This document shows positions 51,101 to 60,176 of a stretch of DNA of 64,000 nt, piece after piece. The stretch lies in IMG/VR virus record IMGVR_UViG_3300027971_000039, positions 1 through 64,000 of that record; one strand, given 5' to 3'. Position 1 is the stretch's first letter, and each line of letters starts with the position of its first letter. The DNA is from a virus. The notes under the pieces were generated by a model. The model did not search any database. It saw nothing but the letters and a program-made list of their open reading frames with translations, and had not been told where the DNA came from. The position numbers and the translations under genes were made by a program.

Positions 51101-51938
51101 CTACACCAGGATTTGTACTATCAGCTGGCTCAAGATTTAAAACTTGACCAGATAGAGTTGCGCCATCGGCATTGGGAGAAGACCCAACAGCACTCAAAGT
51201 AACTGGATCATGAGAAGATTGATCAATTGTAATACCAGCAGCACCAGCATCAATTGTAGCAACGCCAGCTTGATTAGGTGCTTTTAATTGCCAACTATTG
51301 CGATCTGGAGTAACCTTAACAAATCCAGCAATAGCTAAATTTTCTTCTATTTCAATTCCAGCATCAGAAGCAGAAGCAGCTGCTCCTCCATAATTTATAG
51401 TTATGTTTTTATCTGTTACGTAAAGAATATCACTTTGAACTAAAACAGTCGCACCGGGGGCACCGATGTTAATATTATCAGCAGTCGCGCCGATTGTAAG
51501 GGTATTGGTGGAAGAATCAATTCCACCTTTAGCATCAATTGCCCCTTCTACAATAACGTCATCATTAAATGTTTTATCACCAGCAAAGGTTTGGGCTGAA
51601 GTGGATACAGCACCGGGATTAAGCGCATTTGCTTCATTTAAATTAATTTCTGTTCTAGAAATGTTACCATCTACAACACTAGTTAAACTAAGACCTTCTG
51701 GGCTATCTCCACCAAATGCACCTATTTGAAATCCACTATCAACCCAAAGAGAAGCGTCATCGTACCAAACGTAAACTCTACTAGTGTCTAAAACAATACG
51801 AGCATCACCCGGAGCGTTTCCTACTAATGGCAAGGACGCTTCATCGGCTACAGGAGATTTCCATTGAACAGCACCAGCAGGACCACCTCCGCCCGTTAAA
51901 TCGAAGCCCCCAAAAATCAAAGGATTAAAGCGCATCAT
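48108..51938 (-). CDS. long tail fibre/spike protein
   Basis: WK.PVA....LP..GN..GD.R N-terminal motif, repeated NPG.VST..Q.FAGDKTF, G/S/T-rich beta structure. Confidence 0.7.
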   Translation of the reverse strand: MMRFNPLIFGGFDLTGGGGPAGAVQWKSPVADEASLPLVGNAPGDARIVLDTSRVYVWYDDASLWVDSGFQIGAFGGDSPEGLSLTSVVDGNISRTEINLNEANALNPGAVSTSAQTFAGDKTFNDDVIVEGAIDAKGGIDSSTNTLTIGATADNINIGAPGATVLVQSDILYVTDKNITINYGGAAASASDAGIEIEENLAIAGFVKVTPDRNSWQLKAPNQAGVATIDAGAAGITIDQSSHDPVTLSAVGSSPNADGATLSGQVLNLEPADSTNPGVVSTTSQNFAGDKTFDDSVIIDGDLTAQGSFVTLDSPDVNIGQIAGTTDIVGTVTIEYNPANPTDWAPAPDDVIEGLDQLANRFVSQNQVTKEPTGFPNRDDSVTSFSDTSPARTFTIAPTGASFDFYVKGAKFTKTTTQSIQIPNLAGNHYIYFNDSGTLSSTQILGSELFENNALVSIVYWNTDTNSRSYFAEERHGLTMDGATHTYLHTVFGARYLSGLALQNFSVDGTGNLAANAQFDADEGKIRDEDILIEILPQAQIPVLYRQGQLWRKKPADAYPVIYSGTAGYTGANGRLPYNQFTGGSWQFTQVTNNDYVLVHFFATNDKDSPVVGIQGINQYNNVTDARNAASTEITSLSGLPFAEFVALGTVVFQTADGYTNDPQARIRSVNGGDYVDFRGTQLYTPAGEATTHSLLSGLGNDDHIQYLLASGTRTMSGALNMGTHQINNVVDGVAADDAATVGQVEAAVTGNASYFAGFDSTTGILTEVPGYTFDDVGSLQIGAQNSLTIPAGVPEYISVSISPSVSNIGLVNLSAVQVNSPINEPVDNYTPIQVYGYGTSAPTNFNAYNSQTSYTGVGTNITHYLASGSSDCTGEAIAFRHDGTGDAGTIRSVQLIPSGDATTIEGVSFAPTGTYTDVTGLKVDLSSATITNRPVGLDINGGTLNSNVSFTTVSNIPSLVDSGNVIRPVFEVEAGSAITNTDVILNNMAGFMNFNDDYNKNTTVGLGAVSVGFVSQVAAASGALVEEVSMNLSALAIDSTSAGGTITDAHLYKGLVANFGGSLSITNLYGLRIDGGSNVLSSNATNAWGISIEDTGAENYLGKSLKIGGVSKATSNAEIAIEIGSNTSIRVGLATTAQRIALTNLSGLVIYDTDLDKFFGNDGSQWIQLNLSIGDIDQTSFPAVDNQSSAANITSFVFANAVTRGFEAIVTVERSSTYAEYTLKGIQKGASWEMSQDYIGDDTGVVFSITSAGQIQYTSTSTGSGATIKFRANTV

Positions 51939-52678
51939 AAAAGTTCCTTCGGAATTTTATTATTTTTTTTAATATTATCAACTGCCCATAATGGTTGTAG
52001 GTTTGTATAGTGGCAGCATTCAAAGAATTTTTCTTCTGATATTTTAATTGCAACGCTTAATGGAAATATATGGTCAATATGCCACTCACCATAGTTTTCC
52101 CAAGACATACCGGGGTAAAATTTATTTTCTATATGAGCTTTAAATGTTTTAAAATCACAGCCCAATTTTTTACTTTTAGATTTTAAATTATTTTTTCTAA
52201 TCATATGTGCAACTCTAGTTCTTGCGTATTTTATTGCTCTAGCACATGGATCTTCTTTTAATCTTTTTTTAATGTATTGTTTTTTCTTTTCTCTTCTTTT
52301 GATTAGTTTTTCTTCTGTGTCTCCGCCTTGCCAATTATTAGCCTGTTCTTTTGTTTTACCCAATTTAGCTAATCTCATTTTTTCTCTAACAACTGGATCT
52401 TTAGCTGGGTTTTCAAACATATTTCTATATTTTAAGCAGTCGGATAATTTTCTTTTTTTAATCTTTTCTTTTTTTGGTCTAGGTGGTTTATTCTTTTCTG
52501 CACAAGATTGACAATTTCCACTATTATTGTCTTTAATTATATTCCAAGCCTGAGCATAAGAAATTTCTCTTTTATTAGAACAAGTCAAACATGTCACAAT
52601 AAAACGAGTTTTACGTTTATTAATAGTGGGGTCTATCGGAGTTACTATATCTTTGTATTTATCCCACAAATTAATCAC
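51935..52678 (-). CDS. free-standing HNH homing endonuclease
   Basis: CxxC pairs, NUMOD-like basic region, WHIDHIFP and HYTNLQPLWA.DN..K.NK; inserted in the structural operon. Confidence 0.8.
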   Translation of the reverse strand: MINLWDKYKDIVTPIDPTINKRKTRFIVTCLTCSNKREISYAQAWNIIKDNNSGNCQSCAEKNKPPRPKKEKIKKRKLSDCLKYRNMFENPAKDPVVREKMRLAKLGKTKEQANNWQGGDTEEKLIKRREKKKQYIKKRLKEDPCARAIKYARTRVAHMIRKNNLKSKSKKLGCDFKTFKAHIENKFYPGMSWENYGEWHIDHIFPLSVAIKISEEKFFECCHYTNLQPLWAVDNIKKNNKIPKELL

Positions 52679-52688
52679 AAATCACCTA

Positions 52689-52958
52689 TTAGGAAATACG
52701 TTCAGCAGAAATCATTTGTGCTCTAGTGCCGTCTGTATAAATAATTCTTAAAGAGTAAAGAGCAGTTCCACTTTCTGAAAAACTGTAGGTTTCTGTGTCG
52801 TTTGCAATAGTAGTTGTTGAAATAGCTAATTCAACTTTACGTCCAATTTTACCAGTCAAAAAACCATCAACACTAAGAGTTGCGTTAACATCGTTGTATG
52901 AACTCTGCATCGTTTGTTCATAATCAAGGTGGGATAATGGCTTTTGAGTAATGGACAT
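52689..52958 (-). CDS. hypothetical virion protein
   Basis: ORF in the late operon with AAGGT RBS. Confidence 0.5.
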   Translation of the reverse strand: MSITQKPLSHLDYEQTMQSSYNDVNATLSVDGFLTGKIGRKVELAISTTTIANDTETYSFSESGTALYSLRIIYTDGTRAQMISAERIS

Positions 52959-52959
52959 A

Positions 52960-53124
52960 TTATTTACCTTTTTTCATTGTAGCTTTTGTCTTTGAGAACT
53001 TGCGAGATTTACCTGCTGAACTTAATGAAGCAGCAACCGCTTGCTTACGGGGATAACCAGCCTTGATCATTTCTCTAATATTCTCACTGATCGTTTCTTG
53101 GCTCTTTCCCTTTTTGAGCGGCAT
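52960..53124 (-). CDS. small basic protein (54 aa, not in ORF track)
   Basis: [35 protein letters not shown]..., a common small phage family; TAATG overlap with the upstream gene. Confidence 0.7.
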   Translation of the reverse strand: MPLKKGKSQETISENIREMIKAGYPRKQAVAASLSSAGKSRKFSKTKATMKKGK

Positions 53125-53552
53125 TATTTAATCCTCTGTTTGATGAGATATTGGCGAGCTTCAGAAACTGTTCCAATGTCGCTTAAAAGATTCTGACAAC
53201 CAGAACTATAACCACCTTGCTTTACAAGCATATCCACCATAGAACAAAGTTCTTTTTCCTTACCAAGAAGGATAGTAAAGTATTCTTTGTTTTCCTTTAC
53301 TTGTGAAGGCATTCCTTGCATGGAGGACATAACCATTTGCATTACTTGGTTAATGTCGTATGATCCATAGAGAGATACATACTTCTCACCAGCACGGTCA
53401 TATTCACCTTGTAAAGCTTCGTAGAAATCACCAAGAGCATCGTGATCTTGAAAAAAGAGGGAACCTTTTACATTGTGGTGCATAGCTTGTGATATAATTT
53501 GCATCATTCGGAGTTGGGCAACAAGTTTAAGGAATAGCTCTTGTGGATTCAT
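53124..53552 (-). CDS. Dps/ferritin-like protein
   Basis: [18 protein letters not shown]......DR..E matches the Dps ferroxidase signature HWNVKG..F...H..L..Y......D..AE. Confidence 0.7.
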   Translation of the reverse strand: MNPQELFLKLVAQLRMMQIISQAMHHNVKGSLFFQDHDALGDFYEALQGEYDRAGEKYVSLYGSYDINQVMQMVMSSMQGMPSQVKENKEYFTILLGKEKELCSMVDMLVKQGGYSSGCQNLLSDIGTVSEARQYLIKQRIK

Positions 53553-53567
53553 ATTTTAATTTCTCCA

Positions 53568-55355
53568 TTAAGCGTTTATAAATGTTGTATATTGCCACGT
53601 GTTTGTTGAAGTATTGTGCGTATACAATCTTCCTGCTGATATACCAATTTGACTTGCTGTTACATTACCTGTTGCACCTGTTAAAATACCATCATTTAAA
53701 AATGAATCTATTCTTAATATAGCGGGAATATATAAACCAGAAATTCCAGCTGATTTAGCTCTTTTTTGTTGTCCTACTTCTGTTTGTAATACGTTTATTG
53801 AACAATTTCCATTAAAATAAATAGTGCCTAAAATGGGGTTTATATTTCCGGTTGCTGCGTTATATGTTGATAAGGCTCTTATACCACACCCCATACCAAA
53901 ATATATAGCACTAGGACTACCTTTACTTACACCAGCAAGAGCGCCTCCACCCATTGCAATTATATTATTAATCAATGCATAACCTTTAAATACAATCGTC
54001 CCAGCATTTCCACCAGTAACACCAGCAAAACTAGATGGCGTACCATATGCTTGTATTTGTCCTATAACACAAGAACCACCTATATAAACAGGACCGCCCT
54101 TTCCTCCTTTTGCAACAGTTGCGTTAGCACTAGAAAGAACACTTCCGCCATATGTTTGAATAAGACCAAATACTTCATCAGAAGTACTAGAAGAAAGAGT
54201 ACCCGCATAAAAATTACCATTGATAAAAACTTTCCCACCATCTCCAGGGGAAAGAGATGTAGTTCCATTTCCCCCTGTATTTACAAAATTGCAATGCCCC
54301 GATACACTGCCATAAATCATTATACTACCAGCATTTCCACCATTAAAACTATTACCTGAAGCGTACACATATAAACTAGGATTGGGGCTAGTATCAGTAG
54401 TTATGTTACCACCAACAGTTAAATTACCACCGTTAGCCTTACTTAAAGAAGAAGTTGTTGTGTCAGCACCCAAAGAAATAACATTACTATAAACATAATT
54501 GGTGGCATAAATAGAACCATTGACAATTAAATTATTTCCAGCTTGTGTTGATCTTCCTCTAAATGTATAACTTTCAGAAAGAGTATAAGTAAGAGTAAAA
54601 GAATCACCTACAGCAAAAGGCGGGATTCCACTATCACCAACATAAATTTCATTTGAACCAACAATTTCGATATTATTAGAAAAAGATTGCCCCGATAGTG
54701 CGCCAGAAGTAAATGTAACCGTTAAATAATAATTATAATAAGTTAAGTTGATATTTTTTAAAACATAGGGATCAAATACATTGCTAATAATTAACGTTAA
54801 ATCTCCCATTGAAGGTGAGGGAAAAATAGATCCCAAATTACTCGATCCAACACCAGCTGTACTGCTTCCAACTGTTGTTGTTGTTGTTCTAGATGTAGTA
54901 TTAAGTTGTCCTAAATAATAATCACCATCAATTGTTAAGGTTTGTTGTGTTGTTGTACTATAATCAAAACCATTAGAAACACGAACATCACCCCTAATTG
55001 TAACAGCTGGAGAACCAGAAGTAAAAACATCACCCAAAACAGTAAAATCGCCATTAATAGTGACAGACGCACCACTAAGAGTACAATCACCTAAAACAAG
55101 AACAGAACCATTATATGTTCCTGTCAAAACAGCCCCTGCTGGAAGAACATTCGAATTCCCCCCAGTAAGCAAACTCCATTTTCCAGCAGCAAGATCAGTT
55201 GCAAATGATAAACTAGATGTATGAGCGATTAAACACAAATACAACGCATTACTTTGAATCACTATTTGATTTAAAATATAAGATTGACCAGAGGCCCATA
55301 TTGTTGCTAGTTCTTGACTAGAAGTAAAGTGTTGTAAGGTTCTATTAAATGCCAT
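53568..55355 (-). CDS. Gly-rich tail fibre/receptor-binding protein
   Basis: N-terminal WASG..Y.....V......Y.C..AHTS (CBM5/12-like) and GGNAG repeats. Confidence 0.6.
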   Translation of the reverse strand: MAFNRTLQHFTSSQELATIWASGQSYILNQIVIQSNALYLCLIAHTSSLSFATDLAAGKWSLLTGGNSNVLPAGAVLTGTYNGSVLVLGDCTLSGASVTINGDFTVLGDVFTSGSPAVTIRGDVRVSNGFDYSTTTQQTLTIDGDYYLGQLNTTSRTTTTTVGSSTAGVGSSNLGSIFPSPSMGDLTLIISNVFDPYVLKNINLTYYNYYLTVTFTSGALSGQSFSNNIEIVGSNEIYVGDSGIPPFAVGDSFTLTYTLSESYTFRGRSTQAGNNLIVNGSIYATNYVYSNVISLGADTTTSSLSKANGGNLTVGGNITTDTSPNPSLYVYASGNSFNGGNAGSIMIYGSVSGHCNFVNTGGNGTTSLSPGDGGKVFINGNFYAGTLSSSTSDEVFGLIQTYGGSVLSSANATVAKGGKGGPVYIGGSCVIGQIQAYGTPSSFAGVTGGNAGTIVFKGYALINNIIAMGGGALAGVSKGSPSAIYFGMGCGIRALSTYNAATGNINPILGTIYFNGNCSINVLQTEVGQQKRAKSAGISGLYIPAILRIDSFLNDGILTGATGNVTASQIGISAGRLYTHNTSTNTWQYTTFINA

Positions 55356-55749
55356 TTTCTTCTCCAGTTACAATCGGTTTAACCACCAAAGAATCTTCTT
55401 GTTGAATCGGTACTTCGGTTGGTGTTTCGTTAACAAGCTCGGGTTCTAATGCCACTTTTGGTTCAAACCAAGGAATATGTGGATTTTGCTGTGCCGTTGT
55501 TGGGACAACCCATCCATTTTCTTCGTCTGTAATTGTTTTTTTTGTGCTATCGTTTATTTTAGTTCCGTCAAAATTTAACCCTAAAAGTGCCCTAGATTCT
55601 TTTAATAAAAACACAACGCGCTCGTAATTTTGTTCAGATACTTCACATTGTGTTGTTTCTTCGGCACGAACAGCGATACCAAGCGAATCACAAATATGGT
55701 TACCGTTAATATCTACTATGTATTCATTTTTAAAAATTGTAATTTTCAT
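55345..55749 (-). CDS. hypothetical protein (possible fibre chaperone)
   Basis: Lies between two fibre genes. Confidence 0.4.
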   Translation of the reverse strand: MKITIFKNEYIVDINGNHICDSLGIAVRAEETTQCEVSEQNYERVVFLLKESRALLGLNFDGTKINDSTKKTITDEENGWVVPTTAQQNPHIPWFEPKVALEPELVNETPTEVPIQQEDSLVVKPIVTGEENGI

Positions 55750-55753
55750 AATA

Positions 55754-56467
55754 TTATACTTTAATTATGTAGTTAACATAAGCATTTTTAGGGCGGGTTT
55801 CATTTCCACCGTCAGATGGAACAACAGTTGCACTAGGTCCGCTTGTCCCAGGAGACTCAGAAACAACAACAGTTGCACTAGGTCCGCTTGTTCCTGGTGC
55901 TTCTGAACTAATGATAGTACCGGATGCGGCATTTACAGTTACTTGCGTATCGGCCTGATTTTGAGTAGTAGTTTGTACGCCGGTTCTAGATATCGTTCCA
56001 GATACAGCACCAGCAGCTTGTCTTATTGTATGATTGTGGTTACCACCACCATGGCTGTGCGCGTTTACTGTATGACTATGACTACCACCACCGTGGCTGT
56101 GTGCATTTACAGTGTGGCTGTGGCTACCACCACCATGATTGTGAGAAGAAAAATTTTCACTTTGTATAGAACTGACACTATTCCCGGTATTTCCACCAGC
56201 ATTCATTGCTGTTCTTGTTAATTTATCGGGGTCATTTGAAGAAACACCAGAAACACCACGTAAAAAAACACCCCTATAATCAGGGACATTAAAAGTCGTT
56301 GCATTGTCCCCATATCCACAAGAAACACCTATAGCTAAAAATAATCTAGAATAAACCGATCTACTTACGGCAGACCCATTACAAATTAACCACCCATCGG
56401 GCGCAGTTGCCCCAGCATATGGTAAAACTATTCCAGCTGGAAAAACATCATTTACTAAAAAACTCAT
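55754..56467 (-). CDS. tail collar domain protein
   Basis: P.G....YAG..AP.GWLICNG.AVSR..Y..LF.AIG, FNVPD.RG.F.RG, HSH repeats, ETRPKN.YVNYIIK. Confidence 0.9.
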   Translation of the reverse strand: MSFLVNDVFPAGIVLPYAGATAPDGWLICNGSAVSRSVYSRLFLAIGVSCGYGDNATTFNVPDYRGVFLRGVSGVSSNDPDKLTRTAMNAGGNTGNSVSSIQSENFSSHNHGGGSHSHTVNAHSHGGGSHSHTVNAHSHGGGNHNHTIRQAAGAVSGTISRTGVQTTTQNQADTQVTVNAASGTIISSEAPGTSGPSATVVVSESPGTSGPSATVVPSDGGNETRPKNAYVNYIIKV

Positions 56468-56476
56468 AATTCACCA

Positions 56477-58144
56477 TTAAATTAAATAAAAGTTAGTTCC
56501 ATTACTAGTAATTGTTAATGAATCGTATTGTGAAAAAATTACTCTAGAAGCAGATCCATCAATTGTACCACTTGGTGGGCTGATTGTAATAACACCAGCA
56601 CCAGCATCAACTTTCTTGATATTAAAAATTTTACCAGCTGTGGGGGCGGGGAGTGTTATAGTAATCCCACCAACACCACCTGTTGCTAGAACAATACTAT
56701 TACCGTTTGTTAGAATTGTATTAGATGAGACAGAGGTTACATTGGCATAAACAAAAGCATCAACTTCTGATGTAATTTTTACAGCAGTTGATCCACCTGC
56801 GCCATTAATAACCATTCTGTCAGATGCACAAGCGGTTCCAACAGGAACAACCCATTGCCCAGCATTACTAGGTGCTGTTTGTGTATAAGCGCCCGGAGTT
56901 AGAGCATCAACGAAAACAGATTGACCGATGGTGAAACTTGCACCAGCAATTGTTATCTCTCCGCCAACCTGTACGCGGGAGGTATCAAGAGCTACACCAA
57001 TAAAACCAATCTTATTATCATCACCAGCGTCAATTAATTGAGCGTTTCCTGAAGAATCTAGATAAACTGGTTTACCCGCTGCAACACCGGCCCCAGCACC
57101 AACAACGTTGATTGTAGAAGATCCGCTACCAGAGCCGCCGACAACATACCATCTAGCGTCTGTAGAATTATAGATTAAGAAAAGAGATGCTCCGTTTTCT
57201 AGTGAAACAGCACCACCTGTTCCTGTAACAACCCTATCAACAGCGGTTGCAGAACCAGATTGATTTTGAACTATTACATTAGCGCCCGTTAGATTAGAAA
57301 GAACAAGGTGCTGTCCATTTAATCCTGCTGCAATACCATTAATTGTTCCAGAACCACTATTTAAACGAGCAAAAGATTTTGTTGTAGTTATGGTAGAAGA
57401 AACACCAAGACTCTGCATTTCAGTACGAAGAAATCCCGAAGTAACAGCGTTTGCTACAGTACCAACGGTAGTAACACCCAAACTATCAATTGTAACTTCA
57501 CCTGAAACAGTGGTTGCTGTGGGGATGCTAGATGCATTGCCTAATAGAATTTGTGCAGAGGAAAGAATGACATCAGTAAGAACACCAGACGCATTGTTAA
57601 GAACAACAGAATTAACAGTACCAGAAGCTAGTTTGCTTCGCGCAATGTTCGCTCCTACTTTAATATCACCATCTTCAATGTTTGAGAGAGTATTTAAATC
57701 AGCATCAATTGTTTTATTTGTAAGAATCGCGTTGTGTGCTTCTGTTACAATAGACGAGGCAGTTAAACCATTGTGATAATTTAACACACCAGTCGACGGT
57801 CTTACAATAGTGTGAGTTCCAGTTCCCTGAGAAGATAAATTTTCAGCAGACCCACCCGATGATAATGATACTTGAAATGTATTTGCTGTTGCAGAAATTA
57901 TGTAATAGTTAGTAGACGATACAAGCGGGGAAGGAAGAGTGCCTGAAGAAGAAAAATTAACAATATCATTATTACTAAAACCATGTGAATTTATTGTTAT
58001 AAATTCTGTGGATATGTTTACAGCTGCTGGTGCAAATTGTCTTGATGTATAAGAAACATCAAGATCTCCTTTTTCGCTTGCAGTTGAAGCAGCTTTAGGT
58101 ACGATCCTCAATCCTTCAATAAATTTACGAAAATTTAATGCCAT
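56477..58144 (-). CDS. putative fibre/virion structural protein
   Basis: HGFS..D.V module, LTNKTIDAD.NT.SNI fibre motif, ITLPA....GK...IKK C-terminal domain. Confidence 0.6.
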   Translation of the reverse strand: MALNFRKFIEGLRIVPKAASTASEKGDLDVSYTSRQFAPAAVNISTEFITINSHGFSNNDIVNFSSSGTLPSPLVSSTNYYIISATANTFQVSLSSGGSAENLSSQGTGTHTIVRPSTGVLNYHNGLTASSIVTEAHNAILTNKTIDADLNTLSNIEDGDIKVGANIARSKLASGTVNSVVLNNASGVLTDVILSSAQILLGNASSIPTATTVSGEVTIDSLGVTTVGTVANAVTSGFLRTEMQSLGVSSTITTTKSFARLNSGSGTINGIAAGLNGQHLVLSNLTGANVIVQNQSGSATAVDRVVTGTGGAVSLENGASLFLIYNSTDARWYVVGGSGSGSSTINVVGAGAGVAAGKPVYLDSSGNAQLIDAGDDNKIGFIGVALDTSRVQVGGEITIAGASFTIGQSVFVDALTPGAYTQTAPSNAGQWVVPVGTACASDRMVINGAGGSTAVKITSEVDAFVYANVTSVSSNTILTNGNSIVLATGGVGGITITLPAPTAGKIFNIKKVDAGAGVITISPPSGTIDGSASRVIFSQYDSLTITSNGTNFYLI

Positions 58145-58153
58145 GTAAGCCTC

Positions 58154-58615
58154 TTAACTTTGCTGTAAGGTTTGAGCGGAGAAGCTAACCTTACCTGAAC
58201 TATATCCCGCTAATGTTGGGGTTGTGAGTTGAACTTGACCAGCTGAAGTTATATTAAACGTACAATCAGCATCACCAACATAATCTCTTGTTAATGTCCA
58301 AGCTGAACCATCATAAACTACTGTAATATTACCAGCTTCACTAACAGTTGAACTTCCAATCCGGATTACGGCGTATTTAATATAACCAGCACGAACCGCA
58401 GAAGTTGGAAAGTTTAAATCTGTAATGTCTAAATTTGTGTTAACATCGCTAACTAAGTTAAATACTTGAGGTGCAATGTCGTATGGCCCAACAGCAGATA
58501 AGAGAGCCTGTTCTGTGGCTTGGGCAAATTCAATAACTGCCGGAGCCCAATTAGGTGACTCTCCAGAGGAGGGAAATTCAATGGGCGTGCCCTGAATAGT
58601 AATTGTTACACTCAT
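58154..58615 (-). CDS. virion structural protein
   Basis: Shares its C-terminal domain with the 1276-aa fibre. Confidence 0.5.
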   Translation of the reverse strand: MSVTITIQGTPIEFPSSGESPNWAPAVIEFAQATEQALLSAVGPYDIAPQVFNLVSDVNTNLDITDLNFPTSAVRAGYIKYAVIRIGSSTVSEAGNITVVYDGSAWTLTRDYVGDADCTFNITSAGQVQLTTPTLAGYSSGKVSFSAQTLQQS

Positions 58616-58621
58616 ACTTTT

Positions 58622-58632
58622 ATAGTTGTTAA
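58622..58632 (-). promoter_or_regulatory. putative late promoter motif TTAACAACTAT
   Basis: Third exact copy, upstream of ATG 58615. Confidence 0.55.
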
Positions 58633-58647
58633 ATACTCAAAATTATA

Positions 58648-60075
58648 TTATTTTTTATATACTAGGCGTAGTTTACCACAATCATATACTCGGTATAGAC
58701 CATCTTTTAGAGAGTGTTCATGCTCAGTCATTCCAATTGGAGTATTCACCAACGCCTTTTGTCTAGATTGTTTGGATATAATGATCGCTTTCTTAGAGTC
58801 ATAATAAAAATAATCTGGAGGTAGTATCCCATCTAAAACCCAGCCATTTTTAATCCAAGAAGATCCATTGGACCACCTTAAATCAATCCATGTAATAAGT
58901 TCACTATATTTATTGCTTGCAAATTTAGTTAATTTAGTAATTCCACCAGCAACAGTATAGTTTTCCTTTACACAATACCTACTAATGACATATTCTTTGT
59001 TTTTTCTATGATGCTTTCCGATTGTAATTACAGACAGTAATTCGTCGTTAAAGTATAAACCAATTGCTTCTATAAATGAACACGACCCTAAAATGTGATA
59101 TTGATTTAAAAAATACTTAGCTTCTTTTTTAGGAACTTGTCTTATTTCACATTCCCTTCCGTATATTCTTATTTCATTTTTACCTAATTTAGATCGTAGA
59201 AAGGACTTTACTTGATTGCATTTATTCTTCCATTCAAAATCAAATATATGAATTAAATCCAACCCAGCTTCTTTTGCTATATTTGTTTTATCTAGGTGAT
59301 ATTTAGGATACATTTTTTTATTGTATTCTGAATGCCAAAAAGCACCGTTATATTCAATAGCTATATTATACTCTTTAATTTTTAAATCAATTTGTTTTGG
59401 GTTTTTTCCACCAATAAAAGAAGATTCTGCTGTAATACCAATAGATTCTAGCCATTTTTTTATTTGTAGTTCGCCTTCCGATACAAAGAAATTACCATTT
59501 TGTAATAGTGTATTTAGATATTTTTCTTTTGTTTCTGGTAAAGACGCTGGATTCTCTACTCCATATTTTTTTAAATTCGACTCTTTTAAGCCCAATTTAA
59601 TTTTTTCAGAAAACATGGGATTAGATACACCATGATTTGTAATGGTTGTTGAAATTTGTTTTTTTCTTAATTCTGGACTATGCATGGGGGATTCAACCCC
59701 ATAATTAGACTTTAATGTGTTTTTTGATTTGTTGAGAAACTCTTTATTTTGTAGTGCGTGTTCAACGCCATACTTTTCTTTCATTGTAGAGCGAGCTTTT
59801 TTACGCACTTCTACAGCGGCACCGGCATTAGCAACTCCATATTTTGATAGGTTGGTGGATTCTCTGCGTTTTTTAACAGAGTTCGGATGCGTGCTTGCGT
59901 TTGCTTGTTGTAAAGCCTTAAAAGAAGATACAAATTCACCGAATTCATCATCAATAAAGATCAATTTAGTATCTTTATTATATATATCTAATTGATTTAA
60001 TTTGAGTTTAACTCCATCTGGAGTCCAATATTTACTTTCATTTCTTTTTTGAATTACACCTTTGGGTCTTGCCAT
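58648..60075 (-). CDS. free-standing putative homing endonuclease (YGV repeats plus Vsr/PD-(D/E)XK-like domain)
   Basis: Five (K/N)(Y/H)GV repeats, then SEGE.QI, ID, IAIEYNGAFWH, LIHIF..EW; K-rich, AT-rich insertion after the capsid gene. Confidence 0.7.
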   Translation of the reverse strand: MARPKGVIQKRNESKYWTPDGVKLKLNQLDIYNKDTKLIFIDDEFGEFVSSFKALQQANASTHPNSVKKRRESTNLSKYGVANAGAAVEVRKKARSTMKEKYGVEHALQNKEFLNKSKNTLKSNYGVESPMHSPELRKKQISTTITNHGVSNPMFSEKIKLGLKESNLKKYGVENPASLPETKEKYLNTLLQNGNFFVSEGELQIKKWLESIGITAESSFIGGKNPKQIDLKIKEYNIAIEYNGAFWHSEYNKKMYPKYHLDKTNIAKEAGLDLIHIFDFEWKNKCNQVKSFLRSKLGKNEIRIYGRECEIRQVPKKEAKYFLNQYHILGSCSFIEAIGLYFNDELLSVITIGKHHRKNKEYVISRYCVKENYTVAGGITKLTKFASNKYSELITWIDLRWSNGSSWIKNGWVLDGILPPDYFYYDSKKAIIISKQSRQKALVNTPIGMTEHEHSLKDGLYRVYDCGKLRLVYKK

Positions 60076-60125
60076 AATTTTATTGTATATTGGTTAAGCT
60101 GTGTTTTCAAGATTGAGAAAGAAAA

Positions 60126-60162
60126 TAAAAAAGAAGGAGGATACAATTAAGTATCCCCCTTC
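60126..60162 (-). terminator. terminator after the major capsid gene
   Basis: On the minus strand GAAGGGGGATAC-TTAATT-GTATCCTCCTTC followed by TTTTTT. Confidence 0.75.
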
Positions 60163-60176
60163 CCCAATGTTACTGA

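Noticed and set aside
55820-55891. 27-bp direct repeat as a DGR or invertible element
   Set aside because: In-frame 45-nt-period coding repeat in the tail collar protein; no reverse transcriptase or invertase seen.
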